This document shows positions 1 through 9,041 of a stretch of DNA of 64,000 bases, piece after piece (the first letter of the stretch is position 1; each line of letters opens with the position of its first letter). The notes under the pieces were generated by a model. That model worked only from the letters and a program-made list of their open reading frames with translations. It made no database searches and had not been told where the DNA came from. The stretch is taken from positions 192,001-256,000 of the forward strand of contig JBMNJG010000004.1 of NCBI GenBank assembly GCA_050951545.1, in the 5' to 3' direction. Both the position numbers and the translations under genes were made by a program. The stretch is from Limnochordia bacterium (GTDB lineage Bacteria; Bacillota; Limnochordia; DTU080).

Positions 1-276
1 GACGAGCGCTGGTCTTTAGCGCGCAGCATCCAAGAGGTGCTTAAGCGCTACGATGGGCTTTTTGAGGCTCCTATGCCCTACATGATGGCCATGCACCAGC
101 GTCCCACAGACGGCGGCAGCTATCCTTATTACCATTTTCATGTGGAGTTCCTTCCACTACAGCGCGCGGCAAACAAACTCAAGTTTCTGGCAGGCTCAGA
201 GTCCGGAGCTGGTGCTTTCATCACAGACATGTCCGCAGAGAAACAAGCAGAGATGCTGAAGGGGGTCAAAATATGA
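1..276 (+). CDS. galT: Galactose-1-phosphate uridylyltransferase, 3' part (truncated by window start)
   Basis: Open from base 1; PYMMAMHQRP...YHFHVEF...KFLAGSESGAG C-terminal GalT motifs; overlaps galK start. Confidence 0.9.
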   Translation, partial: DERWSLARSIQEVLKRYDGLFEAPMPYMMAMHQRPTDGGSYPYYHFHVEFLPLQRAANKLKFLAGSESGAGAFITDMSAEKQAEMLKGVKI

Positions 277-1469
277 AGGCATCAGCACATGACGCAAGCC
301 GACTCTCGATGCTGGCGGCAGCTCTTGAGGAGATGCGCGGCTCCAACAAAGCAGGGCTGCATGTGGCCAGAGCGCCGGGCCGCGTGAACCTGATCGGGGA
401 GCATACCGATTATAACGATGGCTTTGTTTTGCCTATCGCGATCGATCGCGATGTTCTGATGGTAGGGAGGCGTCGCCCCGACAGACAGGTCAAGCTCTAC
501 TCTATGGATTACCAGCAGCTTAACGCGTTTTCGCTAGACGAGATCACTTTCGACACCTCAATGCGCTGGAGCAACTATGTTCGCGGTGTGCTCGATGTCT
601 TGCAGGAAGAGGGCTACGCTCTTCGTGGGATGGACCTTGCCGTCACCGGAAACGTACCGCAGGGGGCGGGTTTGAGCTCATCAGCTGCGCTGGAGACTGC
701 TACCGCCAGCATAGTGAGCGCACTGTGTGACCTGGAGATCGAACCAGTGCGTATGGCTCGTCTAGCTCAAAGAGCAGAAAACCGCTTCGTGGGCGTGCAG
801 TGTGGAATCATGGACCAATTTGTGTCGAGACTCGGTCGACACGCTCACGCGCTGCTTATCGATTGTCGCAGCTTCGAGTACCGTCACATTCCCTGGCTAT
901 CGACGAGACTGCGACTGCTTGTGGCAGATACGCGCGTGCAACGAGGGTTAGTCGATTCAGAGTACAACAAGCGCCGTCGAGAGTGTGAGGCGGGGGTGAA
1001 GGCTCTTGCCAAAGTACTGCCGGAGATCATGGCTCTCCGGGACGTATCGGTTGAGCAGTTCCAAGAGCATGCCCATATTCTGGATCCTGAAGTCCGCTCG
1101 CGCTGTGAGCATGTCGTATGTGAAAATGCACGCGTGCTAGAGGCCGTGGAGGCACTGGAGTCTGGGGACTGGAAGCGTCTAGGAAACCTGATGTATGCAT
1201 CTCACGAAAGCCTGCGCGACCTCTACCAGGTGAGTTGCCCAGAGCTAGACGCTATGGTGGAAATCGCGCTTGGCGTGGATGGTGTTTATGGAGCCCGCAT
1301 GACAGGTGGCGGCTTCGGTGGATGTGCTATTGCGCTTGTAGACGAGCAAGCACAGGAAGCATTGGAGCAGGCCATTTGGCAGCGCTACCCTGAGATCACC
1401 GGACGTCAGCCACAGCTTTTGCCCACAGGTGCTGCGGATGGCGCACAGACCTGGCAGTGGGAACAATAG
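273..1469 (+). CDS. galK: Galactokinase
   Basis: APGRVNLIGEHTDYNDG, GAGLSSSA, CGIMDQ, GARMTGGGFGG motifs. Confidence 0.97.
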   Translation: MKASAHDASRLSMLAAALEEMRGSNKAGLHVARAPGRVNLIGEHTDYNDGFVLPIAIDRDVLMVGRRRPDRQVKLYSMDYQQLNAFSLDEITFDTSMRWSNYVRGVLDVLQEEGYALRGMDLAVTGNVPQGAGLSSSAALETATASIVSALCDLEIEPVRMARLAQRAENRFVGVQCGIMDQFVSRLGRHAHALLIDCRSFEYRHIPWLSTRLRLLVADTRVQRGLVDSEYNKRRRECEAGVKALAKVLPEIMALRDVSVEQFQEHAHILDPEVRSRCEHVVCENARVLEAVEALESGDWKRLGNLMYASHESLRDLYQVSCPELDAMVEIALGVDGVYGARMTGGGFGGCAIALVDEQAQEALEQAIWQRYPEITGRQPQLLPTGAADGAQTWQWEQ

Positions 1470-1489
1470 AAGATGGGAGGCCAAGGCGA

Positions 1490-2485
1490 ATGCGCATACT
1501 CGTAACGGGAGGGGCCGGTTACGTCGGAAGCCATGTGGTGCGGGACCTCATGGCTGCTGGCCATGAGCCAGTGGTTCTTGACAATCTGTCAAAAGGTCAC
1601 CTAGAAGCAGTCCCCCCTGGGGTCTCGCTGGTGAAAGCTGATCTCGCAGACAAAGAAACGTTGAGTGAGGTGTTTCGTCGCTACCAGCCCCAGGCGGTCA
1701 TGCATTTTGCGGGTTCGTCTCTGGTGGGCGAATCCATGCGGGAGCCTGAGCTCTACTTCCGAAACAACCTCAGCAATGGTCTACAGCTGCTCGCGTGTAT
1801 GGTACAGCACGACGTGGACAAGATGGTCTTCTCCTCGTCTGCCGCGGTGTACGGTGAGCCAGAGACTGTGCCTATTACCGAAGAGCACCCTAAGCGCCCC
1901 ACAAATCCCTACGGTGAATCGAAGCTCTTCTTTGAAGCAATGTTGGCTCGCTTTGAGAAGGCGTATGGCCTGCGCTCCATATGCTTGCGCTACTTCAACG
2001 CGGCTGGTGCTCATCCTTCGGGCGAAATCGGTGAAGACCACACGCCAGAGACGCATCTAATTCCCATTATCCTACAGACTGCGCTGGGCAAGCGCGAGGA
2101 ACTCGCCATCTTTGGCACCGACTATCCCACTGATGACGGCACTTGTGTTCGGGACTATGTCCACGTGTGTGATCTTTCTGCGGCTCATCTACTGGCCTTG
2201 CAGGCTCTGGCCACGGGCGCCCCGTCCAATGCGTTCAACTTGGGAAACGGGCAGGGATTTAGCGTACGAGAGATACTGAGTGTGGCCGAGACGGTTGTGG
2301 GTAGGCCTATCGCCACTCGAATAGCGGAGCGGCGTCCGGGAGACCCAGCGATTTTGGTGGCCAGTGCGGAGAAAGCCCAGCAAGAACTGGGGTGGCGACC
2401 ATCACGTGCCGACATTCGAGACATCGTGGAGTCCGCATGGAGTTGGCATATGGGACACCCAGAAGGCTATGGGTTACAGCAGTGA
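1490..2485 (+). CDS. galE: UDP-glucose 4-epimerase
   Basis: ILVTGGAGYVGSH, YGESK, LRYFNAAGA; ATG 1490 preceded by GGAGG at 1476-1480. Confidence 0.96.
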   Translation: MRILVTGGAGYVGSHVVRDLMAAGHEPVVLDNLSKGHLEAVPPGVSLVKADLADKETLSEVFRRYQPQAVMHFAGSSLVGESMREPELYFRNNLSNGLQLLACMVQHDVDKMVFSSSAAVYGEPETVPITEEHPKRPTNPYGESKLFFEAMLARFEKAYGLRSICLRYFNAAGAHPSGEIGEDHTPETHLIPIILQTALGKREELAIFGTDYPTDDGTCVRDYVHVCDLSAAHLLALQALATGAPSNAFNLGNGQGFSVREILSVAETVVGRPIATRIAERRPGDPAILVASAEKAQQELGWRPSRADIRDIVESAWSWHMGHPEGYGLQQ

Positions 2486-2551
2486 CGGCGCACTCTCTCC
2501 CCTCTAGGAGCATATAGCTATCAGAAGCAGGCAAGAGAGGGGGCGGAGTCA

Positions 2552-3118
2552 GTGGAGATTGAGGATCTGCAGAGGGTTGTAGACCGTATGGAAGGTGAGA
2601 TCGCTATGCTCAAGAGCGACCATATGCGCCTTGAGCATAGCCTGGACGAGTTGCAGAAAAAAACCGCGACCTTGACTGGCGCGGAGGAGGGCCCAGACGC
2701 GTCAGCTGACAAGCTACTCGGGCGACTTGGTGGCATGCAGGCGCTCTCTGAAGCGCTGTCGACACCGGAAGCCGCAGAGGCATTGTCCAAGGTTCTGGGT
2801 GGCAGGGTTGGTGACCTCCTGCCTCTCTTGACAACGGTTGACACGACAGCCAAAAGCGAGACGAACGACGAAAATGACAGCGAGGTGCTCAAAGCCCTAG
2901 CGAATCTGAGTCCAGAGATGAGCCGGGCCATCAAGAAGCTGAACACTATTCTCCCGCTAGTCACTGCGGTGCAGAATCGGAGGGTCAGGCATGTCCGTCA
3001 CGATATGGACGAACCCTTCGATGTCGTTGCGCCTCACAGGGTGCTCCATAGAACGTTTGGCGACGATACCCATGGGTTTCAGGAGTACGAGGCGTGGTCC
3101 GTCTTTCGTCGAGCGTGA
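2552..3118 (+). CDS. Hypothetical protein with N-terminal coiled coil
   Basis: 188-aa ORF, GGAG before GTG, heptad-like N-terminus, followed by a hairpin; family not recognised. Confidence 0.7.
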   Translation: MEIEDLQRVVDRMEGEIAMLKSDHMRLEHSLDELQKKTATLTGAEEGPDASADKLLGRLGGMQALSEALSTPEAAEALSKVLGGRVGDLLPLLTTVDTTAKSETNDENDSEVLKALANLSPEMSRAIKKLNTILPLVTAVQNRRVRHVRHDMDEPFDVVAPHRVLHRTFGDDTHGFQEYEAWSVFRRA

Positions 3119-3125
3119 GTGAGGG

Positions 3126-3163
3126 GCTGGAGCGAGCGGTTCGAGCAGTTGTCTCGCTCCAGC
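3126..3163. terminator. Hairpin between convergent genes
   Basis: GCTGGAGCGAG (3126-3136) / CTCGCTCCAGC (3153-3163), 11-bp perfect inverted repeat, no U-tract. Confidence 0.6.
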
Positions 3164-3177
3164 GCAGACACTTCGAT

Positions 3178-3255
3178 CTAGTCTTGGAAGAACATAAGCA
3201 GCAGGATAATGATCACAAGCAGCATTAGGGTCTCATCGCATCTGTCGCGGGTCAT
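3178..3255 (-). CDS. Small 25-aa single-pass membrane peptide (MTRDRCDETLMLLVIIILLLMFFQD)
   Basis: GGAGGTGA ribosome-binding site (GGAGG 9 nt before ATG), 14-residue hydrophobic run, stop just before the hairpin; below the ORF-track cutoff. Confidence 0.65.
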   Translation of the reverse strand: MTRDRCDETLMLLVIIILLLMFFQD

Positions 3256-3426
3256 CCATGCTCACCTCCACTGACTTTCCCGTTGCTTTAGGCTACGAGG
3301 AAGCCAATGAAGCTGTAACAGGAGGCCTATCCTGTTTGGAGAGCAGCACTCTTCCGGAAACCGTGTTACGCTGTGCGGGCATGTAGACGGTTGCCCGCCG
3401 TCACGCGTAGTTCCCTGAAAGAGAGA

Positions 3427-3453
3427 GCAGGATTAACGGACTCGGGCAGGAAC
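3427..3453 (+). promoter_or_regulatory. Possible SigH promoter for moxR
   Basis: GCAGGATTA-N11-CAGGAAC versus consensus RNAGGAWWW-N11/12-RNNGAAT; -10 imperfect. Confidence 0.35.
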
Positions 3454-3496
3454 ATGTCGACAGGTGGATAGCACCGAGGATGGGGGATGAGACTGA

Positions 3497-4486
3497 GTGG
3501 GGCAACAGGACAAGCGTGGCACGCATGTGGATGTAACACCTGTACAGGATGTAAGTAGGCGGCTGGTTGAGAATGCGAGTCGGGTAATCGTGGGTAAGCC
3601 TGAGGCCATAGGGCTGGCGGTTATCGCATTGCTTTGCGAAGGACACATCTTGGCAGAGGATGTCCCTGGAGTGGGGAAAACGATGCTGGCTCGGGCACTT
3701 GCTGGCTCTGTCGGCTGTAGCTTCAGCCGTCTTCAGTTCACGCCTGATCTGCTGCCATCCGATGTCACTGGCGTAAGCGTGTTCAATCAGAAAACCCAGG
3801 AGTTTGAGTTTCGTCCCGGGCCAGTGATGTCTCAGGTGGTGCTGGCCGACGAGATCAACCGAGCGACACCGCGTACACAGTCTGCGCTGCTAGAGTGCAT
3901 GGAAGAACGCCAAGTGACGGTAGACGGAGTCACCCGTTTACTTCCTCGGCCCTTCCTGGTAATGGCAACGCAAAATCCGATCGAGTATGAGGGCACGTTC
4001 CCCTTGCCGGAAGCTCAGATCGATCGGTTTCTCGTACGTCTCTCCTTGGGATACCCAAGCGCCGCTGATGAAGCAGAGATTCTACTGCGTTTGCAGCGCC
4101 GTCACCCGATTTCGGATCTACAGCAGGTGGTCAGTAACGAGGAGCTGTTGGATGCACAGAAGACGACGCGAGAGGTTTTTGTGGAGGAGTCTGTGCGCGA
4201 ATATATCGTGTCACTGGTCCGGGCTACCCGCGAACATGCTGATGTGGCCCTAGGGGCCAGTCCGCGGGGCTCACTGGCCCTCTATCAGACGGCACAAGCC
4301 ACGGCTGCCATACAAGGGCGGGATTACGTGCTGCCCGATGATGTGAAAAGCATGGCGGTGTCAGTCTTGGCCCACAGACTGATCATCAAGCCTGAGAGCC
4401 AGTTGCGGGGACGCAGCGGCCAGGGCATTATCAGCGATATCTTGCAGCGTGTGCCCGTGGTACTAGAGGAGGAAGCCAGTGCGTAG
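3497..4486 (+). CDS. MoxR-family AAA+ ATPase
   Basis: EDVPGVGKT Walker [39 protein letters not shown]; start codon uncertain. Confidence 0.95.
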   Translation: MGQQDKRGTHVDVTPVQDVSRRLVENASRVIVGKPEAIGLAVIALLCEGHILAEDVPGVGKTMLARALAGSVGCSFSRLQFTPDLLPSDVTGVSVFNQKTQEFEFRPGPVMSQVVLADEINRATPRTQSALLECMEERQVTVDGVTRLLPRPFLVMATQNPIEYEGTFPLPEAQIDRFLVRLSLGYPSAADEAEILLRLQRRHPISDLQQVVSNEELLDAQKTTREVFVEESVREYIVSLVRATREHADVALGASPRGSLALYQTAQATAAIQGRDYVLPDDVKSMAVSVLAHRLIIKPESQLRGRSGQGIISDILQRVPVVLEEEASA

Positions 4487-6014
4487 TCCCATCGGCGAGC
4501 TGACTCTGTTGGCTGGCCGATTCCGGCGTGAAGTGCCGTGGGATTCCGATCGGGCGGCCTTCCTTTATACTCCTTTGCTGGCTATTCTGACAGCCATTGG
4601 GGCGGGACTTGTCGTCGCTGGCTCTCTATCGAGTCTTGCTCCGTCATGGCGTTTTTCACCTTGGGCTCTACTGGCTCTGGTGCTACCCGCGCTCACAGGC
4701 TTCTTTCTGACATACCTACATGACATGCTACAGGTACGTTTGGGATGGCGCACTCTTGAGATCGTCTTGCTGTCATTACTGGCTGTGGCTGTCTTCTCAT
4801 CGGCTAGTGCCACTCCAGTAGGTGTAGTAAGTGGATTGGTGAGTGTCGCCACGGTGTGGATCGTAGCTGTCAGGATTGGTTCGGATCTTCTGTCCTTGCG
4901 TCCTGATCGTCTGCAGGCAGCGCAGTTGATCCAAGGGACTGCTCTTTTGACGAGGCATCACGCGTATCTGGTCTTCGTGTTGTGTATGGCAGCCGGAGTT
5001 CTTAACCGTCTTCAGAGTGGTCTGGTCGCATGGCCGACAGTGATAGTCGCGACTCTGGGCGCGGCGCTTTGTACAGCCGCTGCGCTGACTCAGGTGAGCT
5101 GGGCGCGTTTCGTTGTGGAGCGCTGTCAGTGGCAACAGGATGATGCGGTGATCAGCGACAAACTCGCCTCTGTGTGGTGGCGAAAATCACGGCAGGTAGC
5201 CATTGTCACCAGCCTCATCGGCGTTATTCTTCCGGCTAATCTCTCGCCATTGGCCCATCTGTCGTTTGACACGTTGTTTGTGCGGATGAACGCTATGGTA
5301 GCTCCTTTCTTCGTCAGGGAAGCCGCTGCCGATAGCCGCGCTCGTTCTGAACTCGCGGGACGTTTGGCCGAAGGCCTCGATACCTCACAGCCCTCAGGGT
5401 TGGGGTATGCTCTTGGATCATTCGTTCTTATGCTCGTACTAGTGGTCACCGTGCTGTGGGTCATCAAACGCTTTCTGCCGATGATGGGCGTAGGCGCACA
5501 AGAGCGGAAAGGCACCTGGGAACGTGAGCAGGGGCTTTGGCGCTGGCTGTGGCAATCCCTGCTAAGCTGGTGGAGGCGGATGACAGGCCTGTTGCTCGAA
5601 GGGGACGCAGCATCTGAATCTCGCAAGATGATGGCAATTCTCCGGCGTCGAGAGGGTTCTCGCAGTCGCCGAGTGCGTAGAAGCGTGCCGACTGAGCCAC
5701 GGGCCTCCATACGCTTCTTCTATGCCCGTTTCCTTGAGCGAACGGCAGCTCGAGGATGGATGCGGCGGGATGATGAGACCGCAGGTGAGTTCGGCGAGCG
5801 TCTGTCGGAAGGACTATCGCCTAGTGGGGCACATGCTGCGGCCAGACTCACCGACGTCTATGAGTCCGTGCGCTATGGAGACTCTGCGGCTGATGCTGGC
5901 CTAGTGAGCATCTTTAGGCAACACTTGATCGTTGTCTTTCGCCAACTGCGACGATCCGAGGAGTCTGCGCCCGGAGACCTAACTCTCCACGTGGCCACTC
6001 GCCACGAGTCATGA
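4479..6014 (+). CDS. Polytopic membrane protein with C-terminal DUF4129-like domain
   Basis: Many hydrophobic segments; IRFFYARFL...[10 protein letters not shown]...[11 protein letters not shown] pattern; overlaps moxR stop. Confidence 0.75.
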   Translation: MRSPIGELTLLAGRFRREVPWDSDRAAFLYTPLLAILTAIGAGLVVAGSLSSLAPSWRFSPWALLALVLPALTGFFLTYLHDMLQVRLGWRTLEIVLLSLLAVAVFSSASATPVGVVSGLVSVATVWIVAVRIGSDLLSLRPDRLQAAQLIQGTALLTRHHAYLVFVLCMAAGVLNRLQSGLVAWPTVIVATLGAALCTAAALTQVSWARFVVERCQWQQDDAVISDKLASVWWRKSRQVAIVTSLIGVILPANLSPLAHLSFDTLFVRMNAMVAPFFVREAAADSRARSELAGRLAEGLDTSQPSGLGYALGSFVLMLVLVVTVLWVIKRFLPMMGVGAQERKGTWEREQGLWRWLWQSLLSWWRRMTGLLLEGDAASESRKMMAILRRREGSRSRRVRRSVPTEPRASIRFFYARFLERTAARGWMRRDDETAGEFGERLSEGLSPSGAHAAARLTDVYESVRYGDSAADAGLVSIFRQHLIVVFRQLRRSEESAPGDLTLHVATRHES

Positions 6015-6019
6015 GAGCA

Positions 6020-6520
6020 TCACGAAGAGGCAGACAAGACCTGTCGGGAATCCGATAGCAGACAGCACAGATGGTGGCTCTCAACGTCGACGATAACACG
6101 CTCTGCCATGGGCTGCTCGATCATCGCTGCATACTGCTGCAAACTGCAGGGAATCTGCAGTTCCTTGAGAATGCAGAAGCCGTTGACAAACGCAGCTTGC
6201 TCGATAAAAAAGGGTGCCTGCGACCAGTGACGGTTGCGGACGATGGCTACATGCGCAGGATGCGTGTCAAAATCGACTGCATGCCCCAGCTCGTGGGACA
6301 GGATGACCACGAGGTAAGACAATGATTGCTGGCCCAGGTCTGGAGGCCAAACATATATGGTGCGCTGGGTGGGATGATAGAGCCACTGCTCAAACACGGG
6401 ACTTTGCGCCAGCTTGATATGCATACTACGACAGTGCTGCAAAAGGCGCTGCACGTAGGTGTTGGCGGGAAACTCAGCCCATAGGCTCTCTGGATCATGA
6501 CTGATGGTAACCTTCATCAC
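6020..6520 (-). CDS. Putative zinc metallopeptidase (HEXXH)
   Basis: SHELGH motif with downstream IEQAA (ExxA), as in ImmA/IrrE-like zincins. Confidence 0.6.
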   Translation of the reverse strand: MMKVTISHDPESLWAEFPANTYVQRLLQHCRSMHIKLAQSPVFEQWLYHPTQRTIYVWPPDLGQQSLSYLVVILSHELGHAVDFDTHPAHVAIVRNRHWSQAPFFIEQAAFVNGFCILKELQIPCSLQQYAAMIEQPMAERVIVDVESHHLCCLLSDSRQVLSASS

Positions 6521-6591
6521 TTCTCTCTATCGGAGAATCCCTAGCTTCTTCTGGACTCGCAGCGAGCCTTCCTGTTTCCAATTCCCGGGTC

Positions 6592-7143
6592 CTATGAAGG
6601 AAACAAAAGTCGCCAAGCGAGCACCGCAGCTACAAAACCAGCCAGATCGCCCACTAAGGCAGCTGCAAGCCCATGCCGCGCTTTGCGGATACCGACTGCA
6701 CCCAGATAGACAGTCGTTACATAGAACGTGGTTTCTGTGCTTCCTTGGATGAGGCAGGCCAGTGTGCCGACACCAGAGTCGGGGCCGAAGGTGCGCAGCA
6801 GCTCACTCAAGAGGCCCAGCGCGCCCGAACCTGACAGTGGCCTGGTAACGGCCAGTGGCAGTACCTGAATCGGTATGCCGAGCGCCTGGAAAAGAGGCTC
6901 GAATAGGGAGAACAGGACATCCAAAGCTCCGGATGAGCGCAACAGCCCCAGGGCAACCCACATAGCGATCAGATAGGGAACAATGTGCAGGGCAGTCTGC
7001 ACCCCTTGGGCTGCACCAGCAACAAAGGTCTCATAGACCTTTACGCCGCGGGCGTGCGCATAGAGCAAGATAACCAAGAGCATCAGTGGCACGGACCATT
7101 GCGACACCAACAGTACAATGTGGGCAAGAGAGCGACTAGACAC
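6592..7143 (-). CDS. spmB: Spore maturation protein B
   Basis: VKVYETFVAGA, RPLSGSG, GSTETTFYV..VYLGAVGIRK.RH; follows spmA. Confidence 0.93.
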   Translation of the reverse strand: MSSRSLAHIVLLVSQWSVPLMLLVILLYAHARGVKVYETFVAGAAQGVQTALHIVPYLIAMWVALGLLRSSGALDVLFSLFEPLFQALGIPIQVLPLAVTRPLSGSGALGLLSELLRTFGPDSGVGTLACLIQGSTETTFYVTTVYLGAVGIRKARHGLAAALVGDLAGFVAAVLAWRLLFPS

Positions 7144-7759
7144 GGCGTTGGCCTGCCTTTGTGGGAACAGTAGATTGGTGCCATGGAGGCCGCCGAAACA
7201 GACGGTCGGCGATCAGGGCAGCGGTAGTAGCACAGGCGGTAGCGAAGCATGTGGCTGCCACGATGGATGTAGGGGCTTCCGATCCAGTGGCCCCTCTTAG
7301 AGCGATCACAGTGGTGGGGATGAGCGTCAAACCCGAGGCACATACAGCTACGAAGGTGCACATGGCATTGCTTGCCTGATGGGGTGTTCTGTTGATGGTC
7401 TGCAGCTCTTCCATGGCCCGGATCCCCAAAGGGGTAGCTGCGTTACCTAGACCCAAGAGATTCGCTCCGATAGAGATGAGAATGGCTCCCATAGCCGGAT
7501 GGTCTTTGGGCACGTCTGGGAAAAGCTGGCGGACAATGGGTGCCAAAAGCCGCGCCAGCATGCTGGTAAGGCCAGCCTCTTGGGCCAGCTGCATGATGCC
7601 CGACCAGAAAGCTAAGACACCAGTGAGCGAAATGGCAAGCTTTACAGCGTCGGTTGAAGAGACAACGATGACGGAAGTGATGTCGCCCACATCCCTGCCC
7701 TGCTGGGAGAGTATCGAGATGACACCCGTGACGATCATGATGAGCCAGACATGATTCAT
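7136..7759 (-). CDS. spmA: Spore maturation protein A
   Basis: LFPDVPKDHPAMG, ANLLGLGNAATPLGIRAM, LIPTTVIALR; GGAGGTGA RBS. Confidence 0.94.
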   Translation of the reverse strand: MNHVWLIMIVTGVISILSQQGRDVGDITSVIVVSSTDAVKLAISLTGVLAFWSGIMQLAQEAGLTSMLARLLAPIVRQLFPDVPKDHPAMGAILISIGANLLGLGNAATPLGIRAMEELQTINRTPHQASNAMCTFVAVCASGLTLIPTTVIALRGATGSEAPTSIVAATCFATACATTAALIADRLFRRPPWHQSTVPTKAGQRRV

Positions 7760-7960
7760 CAGATAGACTCACCTCCCAGAGATGACTGCTCGTAACATAA
7801 GACTACATCTCTTGGGGCCAGGCTAGAACCGCACGGTCCCCGTGCATGAGAAGAGAGCGAAACAGAGAGCCTTAGGAAGATTACGGGAGATAATACGTCT
7901 GGGAAGGCTCATGAGGTCAACCCTTGCCCAGCAATCCGTCTGCTGCATTCGACATGGCTG

Positions 7961-7991
7961 TTGCACCGAACGCGCAGGGAAATGATATAAT
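7961..7991 (+). promoter_or_regulatory. SigA promoter of ctsR operon
   Basis: Extended -10 TGaTATAAT (7983-7991); TTGCAC at 7961 with a long 19-nt spacer. Confidence 0.65.
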
Positions 7992-8002
7992 GGGTTTGGC
8001 AA

Positions 8003-8019
8003 AGGTCAGAGAAGGTCAG
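8003..8019 (+). promoter_or_regulatory. CtsR operator (heptad direct repeat)
   Basis: AGGTCAG-AGA-AGGTCAG, matching the RGTCAAA-NAN-RGTCAAA layout, between -10 and ctsR start. Confidence 0.75.
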
Positions 8020-8027
8020 TGATCCAA

Positions 8028-8525
8028 ATGGCTACCTTAGCAGATCTTATTGAGGCGTATCTAAAGCGGCTTATCCACTCGCAGTCCGGATTCGTGGAGA
8101 TCAGGCGTGGGGATCTAGCAGACTCCTTTTCGTGCGCTCCTTCACAGATCAACTACGTGCTGGAAACGCGCTTCCGAACCGAGCACGGCTACCTCGTCGA
8201 AAGCAAGCGCGGGGGTGGCGGCTACATCCGCATCCGCAGAATGGTCGTAAGGCCTGAGGTCGGACTGTACGGGGCTATACGGGAATGCGTGGGCGAACAG
8301 ATCAGCGGAGCAGAAGCGAACATGTTGCTGAGTCGACTGGTTGAGCTTCAACGCTTGCCGCTACACAGAGCAAAGAGGATCTCGCGTTTTCTGCATGCGG
8401 AGATGGATGATCTCCCGTTGCCATGGAAGGATGTTCTGCGCGCTGGAGTACTCAAGGGAATGTTGCTCCTCTCGCTGGACATGGAATCAAACGAAGGTGG
8501 GGGAGAAGACGATGATGTGCGATGA
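8028..8525 (+). CDS. ctsR: Class III stress repressor CtsR
   Basis: LADLIEAYLK, CAPSQINYVL.TRF, VESKRGGGGYIRI. Confidence 0.96.
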   Translation: MATLADLIEAYLKRLIHSQSGFVEIRRGDLADSFSCAPSQINYVLETRFRTEHGYLVESKRGGGGYIRIRRMVVRPEVGLYGAIRECVGEQISGAEANMLLSRLVELQRLPLHRAKRISRFLHAEMDDLPLPWKDVLRAGVLKGMLLLSLDMESNEGGGEDDDVR

Positions 8526-9024
8526 GTGCCGGGAGCAGCCGGCGACCGTGATGGTTACTCGCATTGTGAACGGCGAGAAAACGGAATCTTATCTGTGCCA
8601 GGAGTGCGCACGCAAACAGAACAAGCTGGGTTTTCTCTCCGATACTGGCTTCACGTTTCACAATATCCTGGCGGGGCTTTTCGAGCCCGAGGTCGTATTT
8701 CCGGATGCCGTCTCAGCAAAGTCGAAGGTACGTTGCGCAAATTGCGGCCTCTCGTTCTCAGACTTTCGACGCCTAGGACAGCTGGGATGCAGTGAGTGTT
8801 ACACTCAGTTTGAGGCCCAGCTCGACCCGATTATCCGGCGTATTCATGGCGATGCACAGCATACTGGTAAGACGCCGGTAAGAAGTCGGGCGAGCAGTCT
8901 GCTTGGGGAGTTGGAGCAATCCCGACGCGAATTACGTGAAGCCATCGATCGCGAGGCGTACGAACAAGCTGCAGAGCTTCGAGATCGCATCAAGGCATTG
9001 GAGAAGCAGCTTGAGCAGTCCTAG
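8512..9024 (+). CDS. mcsA: McsA, arginine kinase activator
   Basis: Four CxxC motifs and C-terminal UVR domain (EAYEQAAELRDRIK). Confidence 0.95.
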   Translation: MMCDECREQPATVMVTRIVNGEKTESYLCQECARKQNKLGFLSDTGFTFHNILAGLFEPEVVFPDAVSAKSKVRCANCGLSFSDFRRLGQLGCSECYTQFEAQLDPIIRRIHGDAQHTGKTPVRSRASSLLGELEQSRRELREAIDREAYEQAAELRDRIKALEKQLEQS

Positions 9025-9041
9025 GCGAGGAGGAGCGACCC

